The notes under the pieces: model-generated
Told to the model about the DNA's origin: nothing
What the model saw: only the letters and a program-made list of their open reading frames with translations
Databases searched by the model: none
Program-made: the position numbers and the translations under genes
Source of the DNA: Macrostomum lignano
Lineage: Eukaryota
Assembly: GCA_002269645.1 (NCBI GenBank)
Contig: NIVC01001008.1
Span: forward strand, 62,001 to 126,000
Reading direction: 5' to 3'
DNA length: 64,000 bases
Shown here: piece after piece, positions 37,273 to 48,700 of the stretch
Layout of the letters: every line of letters starts with the position of its first letter
Position numbering within the stretch: the first letter of the stretch is position 1

Positions 37273-38567
37273 TCATAAATAGTCGACATCGGCATCGAAT
37301 GGTAGCAGTTCGTCGGCGAAGTCCCCTTGATCCTCCAACTGGGTGAGCGACTCGGACGAGTTGGTCAACAGGAAGGCGGTCAGACCGGACAGCAGAAGCA
37401 GCAGGGCGGCAAGAAAAACGAGGCGAACTGGGCCGAGGGTGGCGCCAAAACGACGCCATTCGGAGCCTCCGCTGACGCCGGCGCTATCGTCCACAGCGGC
37501 CGTCGCTTTGTTCAGCCGGTCGAGCACCTCGTCTGGCAGGCCTTTGCGCCTGGGGAGCGAGTAGACAATACCCACATGTACTGTGAATAGCATATCATAC
37601 CGACGACCATGGGAACAACTGACAGGCACCGATCCTACCATAGCAACCAGACACTCACTCTACCATAGCAACCACTACACTACCATAGAAACCACCCAAT
37701 CTACCATAGCAACCAGACACTCACTCTACCATAGCAACCAGACACTCACTCTACCATAGAAACCACTCACTACCATAGCAACCAGACACTCACTCTACCA
37801 TAGCAACCAGACACTCACTCTACCATAGAAACCACTCACTACCATAGCAACCAGACACTCACTCTACCATAGCAACCACTCACTCTACCATAGTAACGGC
37901 TCACTCTACCATAGCAACCACTACACTACCATAGAAACCACCCACTCTACCATAGCAACCAGACACTCACTCTACCATAGCAACCAGACACTCACTCTAC
38001 CATAGAAACCACTCACTACCATAGCAACCAGACACTCACTCTACCATAGAAACCACTCACTCTACCATAGTAACGGCTCACTCTACCATAGCAACCACTC
38101 ACTCTACCATAGTAACGGCTCACTCTACCATAGCAACCACTCAGTCTACCATAGTAACGGCTCACTCTACCATAGCAACCAGACACTCAGTCTACCATAG
38201 TAACCAGACACTCACTACCATAGCAACCAGACTCAATCTACCATAGCAACCAGACACTCACTCCACCATAGCAACCAGACACTACCATAGCAACCAAAAA
38301 CCTCACCATAGCAACCAACCTGGCAAGATCGATGGGCCTATCGCCGAAGCAGTTAACAGCGGTGGGCGGCAGGCCGCAGTCGAGCAGATAATCGATAACG
38401 TCAAGGTGCCCGGAGCAGTGCAGCAGGCTATTGCCGTGGCTGTCGGTGGCCTGTCTGAGGGCCTCAAGACGGCCGCCAGTTAGCCGGCGCAAAGCCGCCA
38501 GGTTGCCGGCTACCGCAGCCCGACGAATTCGTTCGGCGTCGCCGGCCTCGCTATGGCCCGGCGTTGG
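37273..38567 (-). CDS. ANKRD46: Ankyrin repeat domain-containing protein 46-like (ANK repeats + C-terminal TM); two secure exons
   Basis: Exons 38567-38320 and 37549-37273 (phase 2). ATDSHGNSLLHCSGHLDVIDYLLDCGLPPTAVNCFGDRPIDLARRKGLPDEVLDRL and EWRRFGATLGPVRLVFLAALLLLLSGLTAFLL match my recollection of ANKRD46 (ATDYQGNTALHLCGHVDTIQFL...; TWQEFVEDLGFWRVLLL). Confidence 0.78.
37636..38318. repeat. ~25-bp degenerate minisatellite in the ANKRD46-like intron
   Basis: Unit ccatagcaaccagacactcactcta; starts at the donor site itself. Confidence 0.93.
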
Positions 38568-39841
38568 CTGGAGGGAATGTTTGGTGTGCCAATATGATAA
38601 TTGTATGCCAAAGAGACGGCCAGTGCCACCTCTATTAGCCTATCAAGATCTGGTGCACCAGCTTAGGCAGACATGTAGCAAACAGTTAAAACAATCCAAC
38701 CATGGTCTAGAGCAGTATATGATTAAGGTTGACTAACTTTGGTTTAATCAGCCATTGCTTCAATGCTTGCAAGCCTGACCAGCACTTCACTATCTGAAGA
38801 ACTATACTAACACCGATGAGGCCATTGCTGTGATCTAACACATTGTGAAGTAGCTTCACTGGCAGATAAACCAGCCAGAACATATATGCTTATTTTTGTC
38901 CCTCATTTAAAAGTTTTTAATATTTCTTTATAGGATAATTTTTGATTTTTATATGTAGAGATTATGGCCCTCCCTAGCCTTCCACTCCACAATACGTTTA
39001 TTGTAACCCCTTGGTTTATTAGTGCACACTCAGGGGTGGCAGAGCCTAATATTTTTGGGGGGCACCAGGCACAGGGCAAGGGGGGCACAGGTACCTTTAT
39101 AACTGCTAATTAGGGCCTAAAATCAGAAAAGCACTAAAAATTACTGCGTGGACTCATTTTCTGGGGGGGGGGGCATGTGCCCCGGTGCCGCAAGCTCCCG
39201 CCGACCATGTGCACACTATGGATTTGTTCTAACCTTCCTGCATGTAGCATATAGCCTAGTATAGCATATAGCCTACTATAGTAAAAGATAGGCTAACCAG
39301 TGCTTAGAATAATACTTAGACCTATAATATGCTTAGATAAATACTTAGACAAATTCAGTTCTATTAGACCTAGTATTACAAGTTTTTATACGAAAGTATA
39401 GTTTTTTTTTAAATAAAAAAGATTAGGCCTATAAGTCTTCAAACTTTACTATAACTTATAAGTCTATGTATTTGCATTTTGAAAAAACCAAATAATGATT
39501 ACACTTAAACAATGATTACCTAAAAATGTTTGACTTTGGCTTTGGGTTTTTCCTTTAAAGGTCCCAAAGTTTAATAATTTTGCTTGATATAAATTTTTTA
39601 AATATGTTATTGTATTGCAAAAAGTGACAATTTTAAAAAAGAATTAAATATATGACATCAAAATTAGTATTTTTGTTTTTTTTCTATTGTTGTTTTTTGT
39701 TTGTTATTTAATTTACTTTCTTATTTCAAAAGTTTGATTTTCTGCATTTGCATTTGTTTTGTTTTCTTGGTGTATCTGGAAGTATATTTAGAAATATTTA
39801 GATTAGAAAAAAATTATAAATTCAAAACATAATGCTAACAA

Positions 39842-40301
39842 TATACTAAAAATGAGTTGTTTGTTTGTTTGTACACAATCTATTAGAGAAAAAATGGCTG
39901 GACCGATTTTCTTCAAACTTGCACTGTTCAATCAGAAATTTTCCCGTGATGGTAAATGCATCTTGGGTAAGAAATTGCTCCATGTTAAAGGGATTAAATA
40001 TTCTTTCTCGCTCTTTCTCGCTATCTACCATCTATTGCCAGGACCTGCACCAGAGCGGTTACGAAAATTAGATTTCTTGGTAGTTGCTCGTACTCTTTTG
40101 CACTACTTGAGTAGTCTGATTTTCGTTCGGCATGGCTGGTTCTAGCAGGTAGTTCCTCTGGATAAAAGCGCTTACTGCGCCCATTGGCTTTCCAGCTGCC
40201 TTAATCGTTTCCAGTGATCTTGTGTGCGTGCATTCAGCTTGATTGGCTGCGGCAAGCAAGCTCAAAAGAGCTCGCTTTGCTCGCTCTTTCTCGCTATCTA
40301 C

Positions 40302-40332
<31 letters not shown>

Positions 40333-40832
40333 CTATCTATGCTATGCTATGCTATCAGGGGATGCTTGCTTTTGGGGGGATGCTTGCTATCTGGGGGATG
40401 CTTGCTATCTGGGGGATGCTTGCTATCAGGGGATGCTTGCTATTGGGGGGATGCTTGCTATCTGGGGGATGCTTTTTATCGCTGGGATGCTTGCTATCGG
40501 GGGGATGCTTGCTATAGGGGGATGGTTGCTATCGGGGGATGCTTGCTATCTGGCGGATGCTTGCTATCTGGCGGATGCTTGCTATCTAGCAGATGCTTTC
40601 TATCTGGGGTGATGCTTTCTATCTGGGGTGATGCTTGCTGTCTAGGGGGGAGGCTTGCCATCTAGATAATGGCTGCTACTTTTTGTGAAGGTTTTTTTCT
40701 TGTGTACTTTTGTTAGTTTTAGAAAAAAAAGATTCATAGCAAATATCTTTGTCCATGATATTTTTACTCAAATGGGGTGATTGTATGTCCCTTTCTTATC
40801 GGCTGCCCCAAAGGAGGGCACAACATTGCTAG
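39842..40832 (+). mobile_element. Non-autonomous Helitron-like element
   Basis: 5' A|TATACTAAAAATGAGTTGTTTGTTTGTTTG...GGCTGGACCGATTTT; 3' hairpin GCCC-caaagga-GGGC, 9-nt spacer, CTAG|T. The 5' end is TA rather than the canonical TC. Confidence 0.55.
40295..40670. repeat. (ATCT)n plus ~19-20-bp ggggatgcttgctat minisatellite inside the Helitron-like element
   Basis: Direct inspection. Confidence 0.9.
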
Positions 40833-42987
40833 TCTTATATACTATAAATTTTAGCTATATACTATTATAGGTGAGAACGGATGCTGGCAGGGCTTTAAAT
40901 AGTATTGTTGCTTGCTCTTATCATCATGTGGTTCAAGGGGTCACATTGGACAACAGCTCCGAACTCGAGTATTGACAAAGTTTTCCATGTTTAAAATAAC
41001 TGCCAGAATTTCTACAAAGTTAAAGCGAATTCAAACAAATTGGGATACAACTCTTTAGCCATGCTAAATTCCTCAAGCCCAGGGGGAAGATAGCCATGGT
41101 CTTGGTTGAATGGTCCATGTTGATACTGTTTTTTAGAATTTTGGGCACATAGGGTAGATTCTAGCCAATGAAACTTGAATAATTTGTTGTAAATTGAATA
41201 CAGTCTTGCTTTGCAAATTTAAATACTACTACGAAATCAACCTGATCAATCAAATAAGCAACAAACAATCAACAACAGCTTTTATCAGCCTGCAGTTAGG
41301 GGACCACCTCAAGTTTAAGAAAATGGAAATTGATTCCAATTGCAGCATAGGCCAACATAGGCAACGTAGACTCCTAAATAGACTATATTCTATGATCATT
41401 TATGTATTTACTAAGTGTGTTAGTTAAATAATCTATATTAGATTAAACTTTAAAGTGTCAGTAGGCCTATCAAAGTCTATAAGTATAAAAAATATATAGT
41501 TTTTTGTTGCCATACCTAAATTTGTCATGATTCGACATGAACTGATCAAATAAGATGATGCTAATGAACTATGTATTTACACTTATTTGTTGAATCATTG
41601 TCATAGAAAAGGGCAACAAATTTGCGTCAATTTATTTAGGATAACAATCAGACAATTTATTTGTTTGGTTAAACTATAAATTAATAGCAGCCAATTGAAT
41701 ACCTATAACTGTAACATTTAGAAACCATTAACAAAACTTTGTATTTTTTAATCTAATTAATGTATCATGCAAATAGAATATACTACAGCCATTTCTTCAT
41801 TTATCTGTCTATTATAAGTCTACTGATTATATGTAGTTAAATCAATAAGATTAAGATAGATGTTACAGAATACTTACAATTAAAGAAATTATTCAATAAT
41901 ATAATGGAATATTTTATTTTAATATTTTAATTGACTTAAATAAACTGAAATTGGCAGATAATAAATGAGCAACTAGACATTGACATTTGACATTTCATTG
42001 AATTTACATATTTATAAATTGACTTAGTTAGTTGAATAGTGTATGGTTTTTCCTTTATATTATATATGTTTATCTTATTTTTCTTTTTAACCACTTATAT
42101 ATAATTGTCTTTTTATATCTAATATCTTATATTTAATTGTCAATTTATAAAATTAGTAAATAAGATAGAGATTTAGTATATAAGAAGATTTAGTATATTT
42201 GGATAGGGCCTAGCATTAATAACAATAATAACAATAGTAGTAATGACAAGTAATAATTGCATATTTACAACATTGGTAATAAGCAATAAACTTGGTAATA
42301 AACAATAAGACTTGTTTCGCTATTCTTTATTGAATAGGGAGAATTAAAGCTCGTGGAGAGTCGAGACCAAGAACTAGGGGTCTAGAATAGGGGAAACTTT
42401 AGGTCGTGCCGTCTGCCGTGCAGACCCTAAGAAAGCCGTGCAGGCTAACAATAGACATTGGGCGCTAGGAAATTAGGCATTAGGGGGATAAATTAGCTAG
42501 CGCTGGATACCCTTGATCCTCAGAAACGCCAGACTTTCGGACTGAATTAGGGAATTAGACAGCGTCTTACCGCTCGAGCACTACACGCTATCACAAGATT
42601 TCTAAGGAATCACGTGAATTAGGAAAATTTCTAGGAAAGAATTATAACTTAGGGATAGATAACACTACTTAAAGTAGGCAACTTAGTGACAGTTCGAAGA
42701 TTCCCGAATTGCAGGCAGGTTCCAGCAGGCAGCTTTAGAGGCGATCCGGGTACTGCGGGCAAAGAAGGCGATTGTTTGATCAATTACAATATAGTACTAG
42801 CAATCTTCGCCCCCCGATGGGGGACATCTAGATAGAATCTCTGTTCTCTACAAGTATCAATTGATGGCCAAACAAAGCCTTCACATAGTCAATAGAAAAA
42901 CTGCTCAGATGAACTGAAGTTAAATACTCAACTAACTTATTAAAATTCTATTGCAGAACCTATTATTATAGACAACATTAAACTCAC

Positions 42988-43173
42988 CGAGTCACCGGGT
43001 CCAGGCCGACGGCCATTCGGCTGCCCGCTCCAAACGCGGTCGCCCCACCGACTGGCGTCCTTTTGGGCGTCGGCCAGCTCACGGACGAGCGCGCAGGAGC
43101 TGACCGCCAGCCGCACCAGCCGACGTATCTCCCGCTCAAGCTCTTTGATGGCCGCTGCCGCCAGTTGCCACAT
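42988..43173 (-). CDS. Probable upstream coding exon of the ANKRD46-like gene
   Basis: GC-rich island in AT-rich DNA, open frame MWQLAAAAIKELEREIRRLVRLAV...GDS, strong phase-0 donor TCG|GTGAGT matching the phase-0 acceptor at 38567; no recognisable homology. Confidence 0.4.
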
Positions 43174-45714
43174 AAGAAAACAGTGACTGTGTAATAGAAT
43201 TTGGTTCGGTACGGATATCGTATTAATTGTTGTCGTTGGTGTGAACCATAGCTACACACCAACATGACGAGTACGAGACGTATGTGACAACCGCCTGGCC
43301 CGGTTGTCAATCTCCAGCACAGTGTTGCCGCCATTGCAGTTGGACATGTCTGTAGAAAAGTGTAATCATTATTCCATTATGTTATGCACATTTCGATAAA
43401 TGATAATAAATAGCACTAAATATTTTGACAATAATAATAAAAGAAGTCCACTACTTACTGTTCGCTTAAAAAGCAATTAGCTAGTTATATAGAAGATTAT
43501 TAAGTGAGATAGCTGGGATCGAGCCGAGTGGTATAGTATGCCGAATTGATAGGCTGATCGATTTGTTGGTTGATTTTATAGTCGTCTCAGCTCATTCCCT
43601 TGTACAGTTTATACAACAAGATACATGTCTATGGCAAATCCTCAGTAGCCTGCGTTGCTCGATTGATAGAGTATTTAGTCTATGGTTCATTGAAAAAATG
43701 TTGTTACTCTTGTGTGATAGATGGATATAGTGTCGGTGTGTACTTTTATAGTGACTGACAGCAAGAATGTTGAAATGCCTGTACACTCGTACAGTTCACA
43801 AGTTTAACCATAGACAAAAGAGACGGAACTCCAAAACTTAACGATCTAGTCGATAAACCTGTCTGAACACTTTACCATAGACTATCGGATTCTCATTTGT
43901 TTTGACCATGTAGTCAAAAGAATACCACTATCAATCAGTCATACAACTGTATAAGAGCTGCTATAGACTATCTGATAGTTAGATTGACTCACACGGTCTA
44001 TCTGCCTATACACGTTTGCTGTCTAGTGTGTGCCTGCAAATGCTTACTTTCTGTGTATTTCTTTGAGCCGGGCTAATAAATAACGATGTAAGATTATTAG
44101 CTATTGTTTTATAACAGGTTAACGTCCGGTTATTGACAATATGCACTAATAGTTGGTACTTGAAAGGTTAAGCACTATTCGCTGATTGAAAAATGGTTTT
44201 TCGGTTGACGAAGAAAAACTCTTTTGACTGATGATAAAAGTTTTGATTCATGTCAATTAGGCGTCATTTTAATGAATTTCCCCCCCCCCACTCAAACGGG
44301 GACCAAGCCAGCGAGGGACTAAATGGTTAATAATAGTAACATGCTTCGATAATTTAAACAGATCGACACTGTTTGTGAATAAGTTTGTGAAAAGATTGTC
44401 CATAGATAAACGTAAAAAGATATACATCGTCGCTATATCTAGCGTAGTACATGCACACGCCTCGGCTCGGCGGTGACGTCACACTTGGTTGCTTAGCTTC
44501 GAATTTCAAGGTTCTATCAAACTCTTCGTCTGCCTACAATGGCTACAACAGCCAATTGTCAAAGGAAAACAATATACTATGACATTTTAAGACCAATTTA
44601 AGACCCAGCTATCTACATGTACTTAAAAAGTATTCAACTAGACAACTTGAGATTTATATTTACTATCGTAACAATAACTATATTAATTAATTAATCGCTG
44701 GAAAGTGCATGACATGTAATGACAATGTAACGAAGACACTTACATTAGTTTCATAGAAATGCGTGTAGCTTAACCAAGTCAGTGAAATACATGTCATGTA
44801 GGAGTGTGCTTATATTTGGGTTTTAATTTGATGCAATCATCATATTGCATGATCATTTCCCTTCACAGATATTGATTGAGTCTTCCTTTAATATAATTGC
44901 ACGTATAGCCTATATAGGAGCAATTCTAGCTGCTATCGCTAGGATTTTTCGATAAAAATACCTCAATAATAATAGTATTAATAATAATAATAATAATAAC
45001 TGCATGCACGAGAGCTATGAGCCTTCGGCTATATCATCCAACAAACCATCGCTGACAGCAATTCTGCCCATTGTGCTGACTCATGAGCTGAGTAAACACG
45101 CTCACACAGGGTGTACAGCGACACAGACCTGCGCATTGGGGGTCAGCCATCATGGGCGTGAATCTGAGAAGGATGTGATCGAGTCAGACGTGTTTAGTGC
45201 TTAAACTTCAATGCAGTAGTAAATGAGCTGCAATGAATTACTAAATAATGCGTGCAGATCAGAGAACAGCAAGTGGAGGAAGGGGAAAAAAGGTGGGATC
45301 GAGCAAATTAGTCAAAGCACACACACTTAGGAATAATATTCGGGGTCATCAGATTAAAAACAAAAGATGGGGACAATGCGACACATACTACTGATTAAGA
45401 GTCAGCTATGATAAGAATTCGAGTGCACAGATAGAAAAGCAATAATAAAAACGCTAAATGAAGACTAAGCTACACTGTATATGAACCTTATTACCAAAGA
45501 GGTCTAATATACAAAGGTCTTAAGTGTATCCAAGCACATAAGATAAATCAGTGGAACAATAAACAAGCATTTATACTAAAATATGAGCATTTGATTTGCT
45601 TCCAATAAAAAGCTATCGCTATGTTTGTGTATCTCCGTACAAACATTTTTTATAATAAACAAAGTTTCCCATCCTACTGCTTTTGGTCGTCCTTGATTTG
45701 AGAGTCTTTGAGGA

Positions 45715-48700
45715 CTAGTGCAGGGATGGGCACATCTCGCTGCCCTCCGGTCCCAGTTTCTGCCCAATATCAAGCAGCCGTTGCCTCAGCTCGGGATCGC
45801 AGCGCAGGCTCTCGTTGCGGGCCATTTCCCAGTCGTTGCTCGGAGACAGAAGCTGCTTCAGTGTCTGGTGGCGGGGTCGATTGGATTTGCACTGTTGTTT
45901 ACGATTCAGTGTCTATAGTTAATAACCCTACTAAGCACCACGGATTCTAGAATAACTATAGATGCTCCACTCAGCACATTTGCATATAAGCATTTTAATG
46001 TACTTTTTTAAAGCCAAGGCTCATTGTTTGGCTTTTACCCCCCCCCAGCTTAAATCCTTCAAATGCACCTTTTCACACTAACCCCACCCGCCCCAATTTT
46101 GATTGGCGCCTTTCTCGGAATTCCAGCCTAAATCTGCCATGTGCATTTCAGTAGACTGGCCAATGTATTGCTGAACCAATTAGCGAGTTGTTTACGCCTG
46201 CAAGCTTGGCCCGTTGGATTTTGAGTTTTTTAAGTAGACATGAAAGGTGAAAGAGTTTTGCACCTTCTGCCTCACTTTCGCCTCTCCTATGCCTTTTTGT
46301 GCCACTTGTGCACCTTTTGTTCACCTGAGTGCCTCTGCAGGGTCAGAAGGGGAATTTAAGGCACGAAATAGGCGGTAGGGGCACAGGTGTCGTAGGGGAG
46401 TTCGGTGAATAAAAGGTGCACAGTGGGCACTTTAGGCGTTGAGGCAATGCAAGGGGCGCTAAAGTTTCAACTGGCGAAGTTCTTTGCTTCCTTTTCTCAC
46501 TACTCAAAACTTTTCCTCACTAATGCAAACCTTTTCATCACATTTTGGAACTTTTCCTGAGTATTTGAAAGTCATTAAAACTTATTAGTACAGAAAATGT
46601 TTGCCTTCGTGGTTTGCCAGAATCAGGAAGGGGATAGCAGCGATTTTAGTATAGGTGTAAATAAAGCTTTTCTATGTTCAATCTGTGCGTGCAATGTACG
46701 AGTATGTAACTCTCAGTTAATTTTGTTACGAATTATTAATGCGTTAATTTTTGCATAGGCATGAAAGGTGAGTGAGGTGCACAGAAGGGGCACTTTAGGG
46801 GTCTTTAATTTCGAGCGTGTTTTGGAAATGCATCTGTATACATATTTACGCCGCACATGTACACCTTATGCACCTCTAATTCACCTTTCGTGCACTATCC
46901 GCGTCCCTTCAGCACCTTTCCTGCACCTGCTGTGCCTCACTTGTGAGCCTACTCTTCACCTTTTGCGCACCTCCAGTGCCCCTTATACACCTTTACTGCC
47001 CCTACCGCCGCAACCAATCAAAATTGAGAATTCACCTACTGCCTGACCACTTCACCGATTTTACACCTTTCATGCCTCTTTACAAAAATATTGGTGACAT
47101 TTAGGCATAAAAGGTGCACTCAGGTGCATTTCCAAAATACACACGAAATAGGCCACCAAAGTGCCTCTTTTGTGCACCTCGCTCACCTTTTATGCCTCTG
47201 CAGGTGCATAACTTTTCCAACGGGTGGGCTTCTACCGGTATACTTATCAAAGTCATTTCGGCTGCCTTTATTTTTATAAAATAGCCTACGTAGTCTTCTT
47301 TGCTACTAAACTGAAAGTAGAAAGCTGTTTTACAAAGTACATGTATACATGCCCAGTGGCGCAGTGGCGGATCTAGAATTTCATTTTGGGTGGGGGCTGG
47401 TCCAAGTTAGGGGCGCCAACACGAGTATAAGGGGCGCCAATTTTTAAGCTAGGGGCGCAAAAATGCGTGTAGGGGGCAAAAAATCAAGTTTAAAGGGCGC
47501 AAAACTAGGTTTTTGGGAGGCGCAATAAGTTCCATCAAGCTGTTTCAGGGATCTTTCAAGCTTGTGGCTTAAAAGTCCTTGCTGCTACACCCCTGGTAAA
47601 AGAAAAGCTCATCCGCTCACAGCTAGCAAGGTTGGTCGCGGCTGGGTCTGACACTTTGCTCGCACAGTGACGACTGTGTGCACCATGAGAACGGGCAGTG
47701 GCACCAGGCCGCAGGCGGCAAACAGCCAGCCACAGGCGACGGCCAGTTTCGGATACTCGTACTCGCCGTAATTGGGCGAGCGATAGTCCATGATAGTGAA
47801 TGCAAAAAGCGCCTGGACATGTTGGAAGATTGTTTGAAGCAATAGAAAAACTCAAACCATATTTCAAAAATCAATTAACTATCAAATCGAATGTCAGACA
47901 CTATGAGCACAATGCCAAAGGCTCACCATCAGCAGGATTGGTAGAAAGATGCGCCAGACTATGTCCCAGAAGATTGTCATGCGAACGCCAGTCATGAGGA
48001 AGATGTTTGCACGAATCCTGCGACTACCTGCATTTTAGATTGGCTGCAGCGTGTACAGCGGCCCTAACTTATCCTGCCACCCCCAAGAAGAAACCTAGCT
48101 TACCATAGGCGTACGCCATGCCCAAGACTTGGATGAAAGCGATGACCATGACAAACGCGCCCTGGTACCAATCAACGAGAGTGTACAGGTAATATCCACC
48201 CTGAAGCAATCGGAATACGAGTATTAATTATTGAGTCGCTAGCTTTTACTGTTTCTAAGAAGCTCATAAAAAGCTAGCGTTAAAACTCAGCTACGCCACG
48301 CGGCAGACTTGAGTTGAGGAATGAAGTGGGGGAGCGGTGTGCGAGGGTTGAACGGATTAAAGCTACACGGATCAGTTTTCTCGCATCTTTTATTTCAGAA
48401 GTCCAAGAGAAATTGCTCACTGGGCGCATAGAGTGGCGACTTTTCAATCAATGTTGCTAAGTGCATTACGAGCGTATTCTCACCTGGGTCATCATTGGCA
48501 GCCCTATGAATAGACTGACGATGCAAACGAACAGTTTTGAGGCCCAGGCCCTCTTCAGTAGGAGTCCGGGGTAGACGTCGGCAATGCTCATGTACATGGC
48601 CTCGAATGTGCCAAACTGCAAGGTTATTGGCAACTATACTTATAATTATTATATACACATATACAAGCGTAGCACATGGATAAGCGATATCTGTTTTACT

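Noticed and set aside
42820-42850. ccccc-gat-ggggg hairpin followed by CTAG (Helitron end?)
   Set aside because: The spacer is short, the next base is A rather than T, and I found no matching 5' end.
44468-44482. Single GTGACGTCAC palindrome upstream of the ANKRD46-like gene
   Set aside because: One motif without TSS data cannot be told apart from chance.
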